A stretch of DNA of 60,108 nt from a virus. Lineage: Duplodnaviria; Caudoviricetes. This document shows, in pieces, positions 1 to 9,536 of this stretch; position 1 is the stretch's first letter; each line of letters starts with the position of its first letter. The stretch spans positions 1 through 60,108 of the IMG/VR virus record IMGVR_UViG_3300045000_000060. One strand, written 5' to 3'. The position numbers were made by a program, and so were the translations under genes. The notes under the pieces are model-generated. The model was not told the origin of the DNA, made no database searches, and saw nothing but the letters and a program-made list of their open reading frames with translations.

Positions 1-45
1 GTCCCGGCCCCCCTTGGCTAGAGATTCGACCCCCCCTCCCCCTTA
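1..45 (-). other. probable cos/packaging-site region
   Basis: G-rich GGGGGAGGGGGGGTCGAATCTCTAG...GGGGGGCCGGGAC on the minus strand at the end of the HNH gene; terS runs off the other window end, which is the usual HNH-cos-terS order. Confidence 0.45.
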
Positions 46-365
46 CGTCCGAAGCCCTGATCCCTGGCTGTCCGGGCCGAGTGGTGCGGCTTGCAGAAGG
101 GGCGCAGGTTGGACCACACGAGACGCAGGTCCGGGCGCGCCTCTATCGAGAGGACGTGGTCGACATCCACAGTCGGCAGCCCGCACCCCTGCACACAACA
201 ATGGGGATGGGCGGCGATGAACTGCTTACGAACAGCCCGCCAAGCAGCGTCATAACCACGCTCTGCGGAGCTGGGTCTTTGCTTGTCGATGATCGCCTTG
301 CGTTCCCGCTCGTTGTTGTAGCGAGGCATCCAAGCGGGGCGAAAGACCGGCGGTCTGCCTGGCAT
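18..365 (-). CDS. terminase-associated HNH endonuclease
   Basis: RGYDAAW, CCVQGC, DVDH, NLRPFCKPHH motifs; precedes terS on the circle. Confidence 0.9.
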   Translation of the reverse strand: MPGRPPVFRPAWMPRYNNERERKAIIDKQRPSSAERGYDAAWRAVRKQFIAAHPHCCVQGCGLPTVDVDHVLSIEARPDLRLVWSNLRPFCKPHHSARTARDQGFGRKGEGGSNL

Positions 366-555
366 GGATGGAGCTCCCTGACGCGAATGCCCCGGTCACA
401 CGGGCGTGCGCCGGGGCTGGTTCCCTGTAAGCTTTGCGGCATGAGCCCGCATGCTCAATGGAATTACTTCATGGGGTTTGCTCCGATGGCGACCATGTTG
501 TGAATCGACATGAGGGTGCCTGTGGAAGGCGTACACCCTATGCCTATCGGAAATG

Positions 556-586
556 CGAAAGCCCCGCGCGTTGCCGGCGGGGCTTC
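556..586 (-). terminator. intrinsic terminator between nusG-like gene and late operon
   Basis: GCCCCGC/GCGGGGC stem followed by TTTCGCATTT on the minus strand. Confidence 0.55.
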
Positions 587-682
587 GGGTAGCGGCAGCA
601 CGGGCAAAGGCCCGATGCTGTGTCGAAGGGTTCGACGTTGGGCGCTTTGATCCCTGGTGGGCGGGAGACCGCTGACGGGGGA

Positions 683-1276
683 CTACATCGCCTCAATCTC
701 GGACGGCCACACCTCAACAGGCGTTGTCCGTCCTAACAGCTTCGCCACGTTAACGGTGATTCGCCCGTTCTTAGCAATAGCCTTCACAAGACCTTTCCCC
801 CAGAATTCGGCGAGATCGCGTTCTTTGAACCGAACTTTCTGCCCTATTTCGAACCTGAGAGCCGCGACCTTCGGGGCCGGCAGGTTCTCACGGGCCTCAA
901 GGTCACGGATCGTTTCGATATCTGCTTTGCTGATCAGGGCCGGCAGTCCATCTGTGGCATGCAAATAGCCGATGACGTGGCACAGTTCGAACATCTCGTC
1001 GCGCCGCGTCGTCTCCATCATCTCGACCGGTACGAACAGCATGCCGTGGATAATCGGATAGAGCTTCAGCCGGTTGTTGCGGCAACGCTGGCCGATCCGC
1101 TTGGCATAGGTCGGCAGGTAGGCAAAGACGTGGAGTCGCTGGAGCCGTTTCGCCGCCCGCTCTTCCTTGCCGCCCGGAACCAAAAGGGCGTGCCACCACG
1201 GATATCCGGAGTAGCGCGGGAGCGGGGTCGAAAGCCCGACGTTTCGCTCGGCCGCGCTACTGATTGCCATTTCCAT
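683..1276 (-). CDS. NusG/RfaH-family transcription antiterminator (late activator)
   Basis: NGN-like WHALLVPGGKE...YPIIHGMLFV; KOW-like FEIGQKVRF; occupies the lambda Q position. Confidence 0.85.
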   Translation of the reverse strand: MEMAISSAAERNVGLSTPLPRYSGYPWWHALLVPGGKEERAAKRLQRLHVFAYLPTYAKRIGQRCRNNRLKLYPIIHGMLFVPVEMMETTRRDEMFELCHVIGYLHATDGLPALISKADIETIRDLEARENLPAPKVAALRFEIGQKVRFKERDLAEFWGKGLVKAIAKNGRITVNVAKLLGRTTPVEVWPSEIEAM

Positions 1277-1294
1277 GTTTTCCCCGTGCGGTTT

Positions 1295-2140
1295 TCAGGT
1301 TTTGACGAAGTCGGAGGCGTCTTGATCGGAGAGCGGCTGAATCGGCGGCCCCGTCGACTGAGGCGGGAAAAGCGTTTTGAAATACCAGCCGCGTCGAAGC
1401 TTGCCGTTGATCGCATGCATCGAGACCAGCGTTTTCGCATGAGCGTTGAAGCCCGGCCTGGGCGTGGTCCAGGCCTCCCAGGCGCGCGTTCCCTCGAACA
1501 CGAAAACCGGGGCGCTTTTTCGCCGCGCCTCCTCGGCCTGCCTGTTCTGCTCGGCCTCTTCGACCGCGTCACGGCGATAGCCGACGGGGACTCGCGCGCT
1601 CGCTCGCGCTGAAGGTTCTACTCCTGACGGTTCCAAAGAAGACTCTTGCCGTGTGCCAACAGTGGCCGACGGACCGTGTGCCACGCTGGCACACGGTTGA
1701 GGCTTATCCACAGGGGTGGCGGTAGATTCACCGTGTGCCAAATTGGCAGACGGTTCATCTTCATGAATTGCGCCCGGACCACCATCGGGTGTGTTGCCGG
1801 CGGCATCAGCAGCCGCATCTTGCGTTTCATCGTCCGCAATGCCGTCGAGCCAATCCCAAGCGGCCGCTGGGCGGTCGAACAGAAGCCAATAGTCATTCGC
1901 TCGGTGTTTGCCGTCCTTTCCGCGCCGGTTGAGCACGCGGACATAGCCGTTGCGGCGTAGCGCTCCGACGTAGCGATACACGCTGCGCAGCGATGCCGAC
2001 GCCTCGCGCGCTATCGTCTCACCCGACGGCCAGCAATGCCCCGTGGTGTGGTCGGCATGGTTGGCGAGCGATACCAGGACAAGCTTCGCCGTCCCCGGTA
2101 TGTCCTGCTCGAGTGCCCATGCCACGGCTTGAATGCTCAT
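1295..2140 (-). CDS. phage replication initiator with N-terminal winged HTH
   Basis: MSIQAVAWA...AKLVLVSLANHAD...CWPS...IAREA...SLRSVYR...L typical of HTH_36 replisome organisers. Confidence 0.8.
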   Translation of the reverse strand: MSIQAVAWALEQDIPGTAKLVLVSLANHADHTTGHCWPSGETIAREASASLRSVYRYVGALRRNGYVRVLNRRGKDGKHRANDYWLLFDRPAAAWDWLDGIADDETQDAAADAAGNTPDGGPGAIHEDEPSANLAHGESTATPVDKPQPCASVAHGPSATVGTRQESSLEPSGVEPSARASARVPVGYRRDAVEEAEQNRQAEEARRKSAPVFVFEGTRAWEAWTTPRPGFNAHAKTLVSMHAINGKLRRGWYFKTLFPPQSTGPPIQPLSDQDASDFVKT

Positions 2141-2226
2141 GCGTTCAGTTCTTGCTTCCCAGACAAAATGAATCTCGGTCGACCAACCGAGGCCGACGAC
2201 CGCTCACCCACACAAACGCGGAGACG

Positions 2227-2430
2227 CTACTGACTGGCCGCGATCGGCTCCTCTGCGGGAACACACGGCGGCGTCGTACTCAACTGGATCTGAGGCGCGG
2301 TACCCTTCCGCCACTCGATCCATGGAAACCCATGCGGCGGATGAATCGTGATCTTCACCAGCCCGCAGCGCTGGCAGGTGCGCTCTGTTCCGGTGTCCAG
2401 GGGCACGCGCTCACCCCACTTGTGCGGCAT
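2227..2430 (-). CDS. small Zn-ribbon hypothetical protein
   Basis: HKW...RTCQRCG; TGATG coupling to the upstream ORF. Confidence 0.6.
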   Translation of the reverse strand: MPHKWGERVPLDTGTERTCQRCGLVKITIHPPHGFPWIEWRKGTAPQIQLSTTPPCVPAEEPIAASQ

Positions 2431-2717
2431 CAGCCCGGCCTCGTTTCTCGGTCGTCGTCGAGCTCTTGCGCCGTCATCGGGCGAACGGCGGCAGCGCGAA
2501 GCCATGCCAGCGCATGCTCTTGCACGGCGGCTTTTGCGGTCTCGGTATCTGTCGCCAGAATGTATCGGCGCTCGAATCCGCGCAGCCAGAAGCTCCACAT
2601 GGCCCGCATGCCTTCGACGCTGATCTTGTTGAGCGGAAGAATCTCGGCCGCCTCGATGAGGCCGAGCATGCAGGCGATGCGGTCCGTGCGGTCTTCGAAG
2701 ACGAGTGGGCCCTTCAT
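2430..2717 (-). CDS. hypothetical protein
   Basis: coupled overlaps on both sides. Confidence 0.65.
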   Translation of the reverse strand: MKGPLVFEDRTDRIACMLGLIEAAEILPLNKISVEGMRAMWSFWLRGFERRYILATDTETAKAAVQEHALAWLRAAAVRPMTAQELDDDRETRPG

Positions 2718-3790
2718 GGCGTACTCGCCGGGAAGCCGTTATGCTCGACGCCGTCGAGGAGGCGGCCGGCGCGCTTCTTGCCGACGCGGAATGTTAAGCG
2801 GCCATCGGCTGTAGCCGTGAATGCGACGCCCTTCTCAGCGAACGCGTGCTTCGGTGCTTGCTTAGGGGTTCCTGCATAGTGGAGCTTCATGCGGCCAGGC
2901 TTGACTGCCGTCGCGCCGTGGATCTTGCCAAATCCGGGCAAATGCTCGCCGACGGGTAAAAACTCGCCCCATTGCTTGAAGAAGAACGCCACGCCTGCGG
3001 CTTTGGATTGATCGCGAAGAGACCGCGCCCACTCTGGGTTCATCGGGCGCGCATTGGAGCCGGACTCACCTCCGACGATAACCCAATCGATCTCAGGCGG
3101 TGGCTCACTGAACTGCTTGCGCCAACCGCCATTCCCAGGAAGGCCCGTCTTCCAAAGGTGAAGCGGGCCAGAGCCCGTATAGTGCGACCCGCATCGCGAC
3201 AGATCGATCGGGCCAAGCAATGGTTCGAGGCTCACGAACCGCACTGCGGCCGGCGTCTGCTCCAGTAGTCGAATGCGCTCATCAGCTTCCTTCTGGCGCT
3301 CGCACGAGACGCCAACCCAGACGTTCGCGAGAGGCTTCCCGCCGTTAAGACCCGCCCGTTGTGCGCGCGAAAGATAATCCCGCATGCGCTCGGCGCGTTT
3401 CGTCAGCACTTGAAACGTATGCCACTCGGCCATCGCCATCATCGCGAAAGCTTGGTCGACCCACTCGTCGGGGATGGATTCGTGGAACAGGTCGCCCATC
3501 GAATTGACGAAGATGCGCCGGCCGCGTTGCCACGACAAAGGCCTCTGGAACAGCTTATCGGGTGCGAGCGCGACCTTGCCTGTCCATACCGCACCGGCTT
3601 TGGATTCCTGCGTCGTTCCGTCGTAATGGTTGATGTAGTCCGACCCGCTGCCGCCGGTGCGGTTCATCTTCTGAATCCGCGCCGCCATTTTCATGGCGTA
3701 GCAATTGGTGCAACCGGGAGAGACAATGCTGCAACCGACAATTGGATTCCAGGTCGCGTCGGTCCATTCGATTGCGCTCTTGTCGCTCAT
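2714..3790 (-). CDS. phage Gp37/Gp68 (DUF5131) family protein
   Basis: IEWTDATWNPIVGC..VSPGCTNCYA, FVNSMGDLFH, QVLTKR, SLEPLLG, WVIVGGESG, FFFKQWG. Confidence 0.93.
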   Translation of the reverse strand: MSDKSAIEWTDATWNPIVGCSIVSPGCTNCYAMKMAARIQKMNRTGGSGSDYINHYDGTTQESKAGAVWTGKVALAPDKLFQRPLSWQRGRRIFVNSMGDLFHESIPDEWVDQAFAMMAMAEWHTFQVLTKRAERMRDYLSRAQRAGLNGGKPLANVWVGVSCERQKEADERIRLLEQTPAAVRFVSLEPLLGPIDLSRCGSHYTGSGPLHLWKTGLPGNGGWRKQFSEPPPEIDWVIVGGESGSNARPMNPEWARSLRDQSKAAGVAFFFKQWGEFLPVGEHLPGFGKIHGATAVKPGRMKLHYAGTPKQAPKHAFAEKGVAFTATADGRLTFRVGKKRAGRLLDGVEHNGFPASTP

Positions 3791-4338
3791 GGCGCACCTG
3801 CCTTGCTGCGCATCTCCGCGAGGTCGATCGGCCTATCAGGCTTTCGCCTGCGCAGCCGATCGAAGCGCTCGATCTCAGCGAGGATGAGCGCGCCGGCCCG
3901 CACAAGATCGCGGCGGAACCCTTGCGGCTTCCACCAGTCGGCGTCCCAAGGCCACTCATTTGGCGGGACGTTCAGCATCGTGCCGGCCTTGCGGGCGTAG
4001 GCGCCGCCAGCGCGCGCGAGCTCGCCCGTCGCATGGGCATCGTCGTGCTCGGTCGTCCATCCTTCGGTGTCGACCTGCCGCCGCCGCTCGGCGATCACCG
4101 CCAACATCGCGGGCGACATCGGCACGCGGATATGCAGCGCCTCGAACACCCGGCGCAGAATGAAGGTCCGCCCGATCGACACGAAGGTCATGATCACGGC
4201 GAACAATAGGTTTTGCTGAAAGGTAATCGACACCCCGATCAAAGGCAGGAAAAACCATTGCGCCGCAAGCGAGATACCAAAGCCCGCCAGTGTGTTGAGA
4301 ACTGCCTCGGTGAGTGAGGCGCTGCGGGATTGTTTCAT
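3787..4338 (-). CDS. two-TM domain fused to a helical phage domain
   Basis: hydrophobic N-terminus; C-terminal AERRRQ...EGWT.EHDD...WPW...RRDLVRAGALILAEIER. Confidence 0.75.
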   Translation of the reverse strand: MKQSRSASLTEAVLNTLAGFGISLAAQWFFLPLIGVSITFQQNLLFAVIMTFVSIGRTFILRRVFEALHIRVPMSPAMLAVIAERRRQVDTEGWTTEHDDAHATGELARAGGAYARKAGTMLNVPPNEWPWDADWWKPQGFRRDLVRAGALILAEIERFDRLRRRKPDRPIDLAEMRSKAGAP

Positions 4339-5513
4339 GGGGCGGTATCCGCGATCTCGGGAGTTTCGGTCTTGACGATCTCTCCGGTCTTTGGATCGAA
4401 GGGTTCGTCGGAGGAAGGTGGCGGATTGAACGCGATCTCGTTTCCCCAGGTCAGCCAGCCCGGCCGCTCGCGCCTCGCATAGAGTTCGAGATATGGGCCG
4501 CCGACCAAGCGCTCGATGCGATCGTGGATCTCATCCGGCTTGCGGCTATGCTCCATCACCGGCGCGACGATGAGCTGCCGCACGTCGTGATGAATGCACT
4601 TCGGATGCCCGCGCGATGCGAGCCAGCAGTCTTCAGGGTTGGCGCGTGTCCAATAGCCTTGGCCAAAATGGAAATCGCGATCGGTAATGACGTCATCGAA
4701 ACGCGGCTTGCCATCATGGCCTTCGGTGAGTTTTGCCCATGTGAATGCCGTGGTCTTATGCGCGAAGCCCCAGGCCTCGATCACCTCGAGGGCGAGCTTC
4801 GGACACCAATCGACCATCCACATGAAGAGAACGCAGTCGGGCGCGGCTAGTTGAGCGACCGGGAGCGAGATGATCTCCTGCCAGCTTCGATCCGTCGTGT
4901 AGTGCTGGCCGGCGGATCGGCCCTCGCCTTTCTCGCTGCGGGCGACGAAGTGCCAAGGCGGGTCGGCAAGAATGGCGCTCGCACGGAAGCCAGATGCGAT
5001 GAGCGCGTGAAGATCATCTGCCGTGCCGCCAGCGAATGATCGCGCCGCGTGTTCGGCCTTGCGGCTGGCGTCAGCGGCATCTTTGGCAGCGGCCTTGATG
5101 GGGTCGACTACGATCGCACCAGATGCCGCGACATGCTCCCGCGTCGCCTCCACCAGCGCTTCGAACGCTCGGTCGGAGATTGATGCCGCTCTTTGCGCTC
5201 GCGCCGATAGCTTGCGATCGACGCCGGCCTCTTCCAGAGTGGCGCGTGGAAATTGTTCCGATTGAGAACTATTTCCAGGCTGGCGGCCCTGCCTGAAGTG
5301 ACCCGCCTCTTTCGCCGCCGCGATGATGATGCCGAGACGGCGCTCGGCCTTCATTTGAAAGGCGTTGGCTTCGGCGAGCAATTCGCGATCGGCGATCTGC
5401 TTGGCGTAGAGCTTGACGTGCTGGACTTCGTCAAGGATTGGAAGCACTTGGTCGATGCGGGTCGCATCCGCCAAGGCTACGCGGGCGCGGTCATATTGGG
5501 CGAGCGTCGTCAT
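4335..5513 (-). CDS. MT-A70 family N6-adenine methyltransferase
   Basis: ILADPPW, LFMW, AWGF, GYWTRANPE, HSRKP, LELYAR, WGNE. Confidence 0.92.
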   Translation of the reverse strand: MTTLAQYDRARVALADATRIDQVLPILDEVQHVKLYAKQIADRELLAEANAFQMKAERRLGIIIAAAKEAGHFRQGRQPGNSSQSEQFPRATLEEAGVDRKLSARAQRAASISDRAFEALVEATREHVAASGAIVVDPIKAAAKDAADASRKAEHAARSFAGGTADDLHALIASGFRASAILADPPWHFVARSEKGEGRSAGQHYTTDRSWQEIISLPVAQLAAPDCVLFMWMVDWCPKLALEVIEAWGFAHKTTAFTWAKLTEGHDGKPRFDDVITDRDFHFGQGYWTRANPEDCWLASRGHPKCIHHDVRQLIVAPVMEHSRKPDEIHDRIERLVGGPYLELYARRERPGWLTWGNEIAFNPPPSSDEPFDPKTGEIVKTETPEIADTAP

Positions 5514-6592
5514 TTACGATGCCCCGCCAACTCGACCACGTCGGCGCCGCCCATACCATCGCTCTCGCCTTGCTTGCGCCAACCTTCATCGAAGCGGGCG
5601 CGCCGGGCGTCACCAAATGGGAACGGATTATCGATGACGGGCTTGCCGTCGCGGGCCGCCTGGCGGCCGAGCGCCTCGGCGGATTCGATATCGATCGGCA
5701 CTTCCTCGACCACGTCGGCCGCGAGCTTGAGCGGCCAGGGCATGACCTTGACGGCGTGATCCTTCTCGCCTTCCGACCACAGCCGCGGCTTGCCCAAGTC
5801 TGGGTGCGGCTTGACGCTGGCGAGCAACCGGCCGATCAGCGCTTCGCGCCGCATGTCGAGATTTAGCTTGGGGCCGATGACGAGTTGGCGTTTTAGATTC
5901 TCACAGAACTGTCGCATGAGCGCGGGTGACGCGGTCTCAAAGGAGGTAGCAAGCTCGCCTAGCGCCCGCTTGGGCAAGCCGTAGGGCGCGAGATAGCGTG
6001 TGAGGATCTTCTCGCGCTCGGCCTGCCCCGGAAGCTCGATCGTGATGTGAATATCGAAGCGTCGCCAGATCGCCTGATCGATATGCGCCCCGAAGTTCGT
6101 CGCCGCGATCAGGAATCCGGTATGCTGCTCGATGCGCTGGAGCAGCGTGTTCACCTCTTCGTTGCGGCTGTCGTCGGCGGATTGGGTCGAGCGGCGGCGC
6201 TGGCGCGAATAGGCGTCGAACTCGTCGAGAAACAGAACGATCGGATCGTCCTTGTCGGCGGCAAGATCGAACATCTCGCCGATGCGCTCGCCGGTCTCGC
6301 CAACATATTTCGAGATCAGCCGTTCCGGCCGCACGGCCAGCATGCGCAAGCCCAGCCGGGCCGCCAGATGATGCGCGAGCGTCGTCTTCCCCACGCCAGG
6401 CACCCCATCGAACAGCGCCTTGCGCCGCGGCCCGATGCCGACTGCCTTCAATTCCTCCTCGGCCCAAACTTCGGTGAGCCATTCGAGCAGCGCGTTGCGG
6501 ACCGGACGCGCCAGAATTGGCTCGTCCGCTTCCTGCGGCTCGAAAACCTGCCCGAAGTCATCGAGCTTGGCGAGGCGGCGCGAAGGGAACAC
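5510..6592 (-). CDS. AAA+ ATPase with C-terminal Rmf-like domain
   Basis: Walker A GVPGVGKT, Walker B LFLDEFD, AATN, SRH DQAIWRRFD. Confidence 0.9.
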   Translation of the reverse strand: MFPSRRLAKLDDFGQVFEPQEADEPILARPVRNALLEWLTEVWAEEELKAVGIGPRRKALFDGVPGVGKTTLAHHLAARLGLRMLAVRPERLISKYVGETGERIGEMFDLAADKDDPIVLFLDEFDAYSRQRRRSTQSADDSRNEEVNTLLQRIEQHTGFLIAATNFGAHIDQAIWRRFDIHITIELPGQAEREKILTRYLAPYGLPKRALGELATSFETASPALMRQFCENLKRQLVIGPKLNLDMRREALIGRLLASVKPHPDLGKPRLWSEGEKDHAVKVMPWPLKLAADVVEEVPIDIESAEALGRQAARDGKPVIDNPFPFGDARRARFDEGWRKQGESDGMGGADVVELAGHRK

Positions 6593-6594
6593 GA

Positions 6595-7260
6595 TCAGTC
6601 ATCCCCCATGCCGTCGCCGCCGCTCTCGTCGCGCCAGCCCTTGTCCCAACGCGGGCGCCGTGCATCGCCATAGGGGAACGGATTGTCGATGATCGGTATG
6701 TCGGCGTTGAACGCATCGCGCCCGAGGGTTTCCGCGCCCTCCCCGTCGACATCCGGAACATCCGGCTTTGCGCGGGCTGGCTTCTTGCCGGATGGTTCCG
6801 ATGGCGACGCCATTGGCTTCTCGACCACTTCGGTGACCGCTACGTTGCCATCCTTGTCGCGCGAGAGCCGCACCTTGGGGCCGCCGCCCGCGTCGACCTC
6901 GATCGAGCCGCCCGATGGAACAAACTTCTTCATCGCCTCGATCACGGATTCGCGCGACGTGATGTCGACCTTCATCAGGCCGACCATGCGGAAGAGCGGA
7001 TTGTCCGCTGCCATGCCCATGGCGTGCAGATACATGTCCTTGAGCGAGTCATCCTCCGCCCGCTCGGATGGCTTCATTTTCCGCTTGGCGACGATGTAGC
7101 GAACGCCGGCCGGGATGATGTTGGCGGCCTTCGCTTCCGCCATCACGACGGCTTTGTCGTCGCGCAGCGCCTTCATTTGGGTGTCGATATTCTCGACGCG
7201 GTCGACGAAGCCGCGGAGCAGCTCGCCCGCGATCGTGTTCTTGCCGACAGTTTCGGTCAT
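6595..7260 (-). CDS. GapR (DUF2312)-like DNA-binding protein with C-terminal Rmf-like domain
   Basis: LRGFVDRVENI...AEAKA...RKMKPSERAE...YLHAMGM matches the GapR pattern. Confidence 0.8.
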   Translation of the reverse strand: MTETVGKNTIAGELLRGFVDRVENIDTQMKALRDDKAVVMAEAKAANIIPAGVRYIVAKRKMKPSERAEDDSLKDMYLHAMGMAADNPLFRMVGLMKVDITSRESVIEAMKKFVPSGGSIEVDAGGGPKVRLSRDKDGNVAVTEVVEKPMASPSEPSGKKPARAKPDVPDVDGEGAETLGRDAFNADIPIIDNPFPYGDARRPRWDKGWRDESGGDGMGDD

Positions 7261-7508
7261 GTGGTCGCTCCCGTTTGCTGTTGTGCCGATCGTTTCCGCA
7301 CCTGCTCGACTTGCAAATCGATCATCCGCTTTGCCTCGGCCGCGCCGCAGTCAGATCGAAGCCTCACATATTCGGCTTCATAACCGGGAGGCGCTCGCCA
7401 GCGTGATCTGGCGGCGACCGCGGCCCGAACGCTGGCGCCGATCTTGGCGCGGGTCTCCGCAGAGCGACGGGAGCCAAGCTGTCCGCCTCCTTTTCTGATG
7501 GCACTCAT
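7257..7508 (-). CDS. hypothetical protein (NUMOD3-like SAETRAKIG motif)
   Basis: coupled overlaps; RSAETRAKIGAS. Confidence 0.6.
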   Translation of the reverse strand: MSAIRKGGGQLGSRRSAETRAKIGASVRAAVAARSRWRAPPGYEAEYVRLRSDCGAAEAKRMIDLQVEQVRKRSAQQQTGATT

Positions 7509-7786
7509 GCGGCACCTGCGTGTGCCGCCGCCTCATCGTCGATCGATGCAGTGAGAATCCTCGACGCCAGCACGTCGGCAGGGACGCCGCGTTCGCGCGC
7601 CATATTGCCGAGCTGACGGCGATGGGATGCGGATATCTCGATGCGCAGGATTGCGGCGGCACCCCGCTCAAACGGGACCGGCGGCAAGTCGGCGTGACAG
7701 CTCCCACACAAGAATCCTATCTTGGCGCGGCAAGCGTCCGGCTTCTGACAGCCCGGGAGCAAGTTGACGTGGGGTGCGGGCGGCAT
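7505..7786 (-). CDS. hypothetical protein (Cys cluster plus RHH-like C-terminus)
   Basis: coupled overlaps. Confidence 0.55.
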   Translation of the reverse strand: MPPAPHVNLLPGCQKPDACRAKIGFLCGSCHADLPPVPFERGAAAILRIEISASHRRQLGNMARERGVPADVLASRILTASIDDEAAAHAGAA

Positions 7787-8055
7787 CAGATCAGCCCCTT
7801 CTCTTTCGCCAGCCATTCCGGGATGTGCGCCTTGATGACCGAAAACTTCTCCGCGCCGATACGCATGGAGACGTGCCGGCCGGTATCGCTGAATTTGATT
7901 TTGGACACCGGGAGCCAGAAGGTTTTGGCGCGGTCGCCGGTTTCCGAAACCAGGATGGCGAGACCGGAGGGCGCGGTGTCGTGATGGGCGAGCAGATACT
8001 CGCCTTCGTCAATATCGATCTCGGGGGATGGCGCGTGGCCGAAGAGATCGCTCAT
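7786..8055 (-). CDS. hypothetical phage protein
   Basis: WLPVS...IPEWLAKEKGLI phage motif. Confidence 0.75.
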   Translation of the reverse strand: MSDLFGHAPSPEIDIDEGEYLLAHHDTAPSGLAILVSETGDRAKTFWLPVSKIKFSDTGRHVSMRIGAEKFSVIKAHIPEWLAKEKGLI

Positions 8056-8259
8056 CGCCGCACCCGCTCGTTATCCACGGCGAGCACCGGCCGCGCTCGC
8101 GGCGGCGTGTTGCCGGCAAGCGCCGCGAGCGCCATGCGCAATTCCTGGGTCTCGCGCCCGCGCTGGCTTTCATCACCGTCAGGACTGACCTTTGGGAGAA
8201 TGACTACGATCGCGCTCATGGCTGCGGCCCGTTGCGTTTGGAGAAGGCAAGCCGATCGG

Positions 8260-8303
8260 AAAACCCAGCCGGAGCGAGACGCAAGGGTATCGCTCCGGCC
8301 GGG
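8260..8303 (-). terminator. intrinsic terminator in leftward early operon
   Basis: 14-bp stem 8264-8277/8290-8303 followed by TTTT on the minus strand. Confidence 0.65.
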
Positions 8304-8681
8304 AGTTGACGGACGCTGGGAGTGAGGGCGTCCGTAGGGTGGGATCGAAGCTGCTGCGTCGCGGCCACGTTCGCCAGCGTGGCGAGAATGAGCCCGATGG
8401 CCGCGAGGGCTTCGAGTGGGGTTTCCATGTCAGTCACGCGCCGGCTTGTGCTTTTGCGGCGGGCCCTGGAACAGGCTTGAAAAGTCGAGCACCGCGACCG
8501 TGTGGCCTTGCGGGTCCACGAGCGGGATCTGATCCGCGCCGTGGAAGGCGTCATCGGTGAGTAACGGGCGCGCTGCGGGCGCGTTTGTGGGAGGCGCAGA
8601 AATGCGCATGTCAAATCCCCGTGCGTGAAGTCGTTAGACGTTTTTACTTTTTACGCGACACGCTACAGGGACAAAGCGAAG

Positions 8682-8951
8682 TTAGGTTTGGTTCAGGAGA
8701 GAGCTTTCGTGCGGGATGGCGGTGCGATCACCATCGTTTGATTTTTGATCTCGGTATCTTCCGCGAGCACATCGTTTGCACTTGCGGCACCTCACGGTGC
8801 CACCTGAGTAGCGCTGGACTTGGGTATTTTCCGGGGTAAACGGATGCCCGCGAAGGCAATGTGTCGGATGTTCCCATCTGCCCCGGCGCTGCTGATTGTG
8901 AGGAACGGAGAGCTTTCCGAGCAGATCCTCTAAATCGTCAATCTCGCTCAT
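8682..8951 (-). CDS. small Zn-binding protein
   Basis: THCLRGHPFTPENT...RCRKC module, usually found appended to phage HNH nucleases. Confidence 0.65.
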   Translation of the reverse strand: MSEIDDLEDLLGKLSVPHNQQRRGRWEHPTHCLRGHPFTPENTQVQRYSGGTVRCRKCKRCARGRYRDQKSNDGDRTAIPHESSLLNQT

Positions 8952-9131
8952 CACTGGCGCACCTCCGGCCGGAGCCCGCCGGCCACGGCGGACCCCGGCC
9001 GAGTTGCCGACGGCCAACCGAAAACGCGGCACGGCTGGCAAGAGGCTTCGGCGCGGCGAGGAGCCGAGTGGGCGCACGGCTCAGTCTCTTGCGGGCACAA
9101 GAGAGGTATCGCATCGCCGCGCCGAATTGAA

Positions 9132-9536
9132 TTATTCCAGGGCGAGTTCAAACTGCTCGATGCGCTGGCGCTGGGCGTCGTAGGCGTCGGCGACGATGCG
9201 GGCGCGGCGAAGCTCGCGCCACCACGGTGCCGTCGCGCCCGCCATGACGAAGGCGAGCACACGGCCACCCTGGTCGCTGCGCAGAAGTGCGACCAGGACA
9301 GACGCCGACGGCTCGGAATCTCCCGATGCCCAGGCGCGGCATGTGCGCTCGCTGGCCCCAAGCAGGAAATGAAGGTGTGCCGCGACCTTGCGCTGCCAGA
9401 GATCGCGCGCCATTCGCATGAACCATCCGGCAGGCGGCAAGATGTTGCCGCGATCGTCGGGGGCGGCGATTTCGCGGCAAGATATTGCCGCGACGGAATT
9501 TGCACTCGACGCGACGATTGATTCTGATTCGCCCAT
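9132..9536 (-). CDS. HTH regulator (CII-like position)
   Basis: KVAAHLHFLLGASERTCRAWASGDSEP helix-turn-helix. Confidence 0.7.
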   Translation of the reverse strand: MGESESIVASSANSVAAISCREIAAPDDRGNILPPAGWFMRMARDLWQRKVAAHLHFLLGASERTCRAWASGDSEPSASVLVALLRSDQGGRVLAFVMAGATAPWWRELRRARIVADAYDAQRQRIEQFELALE

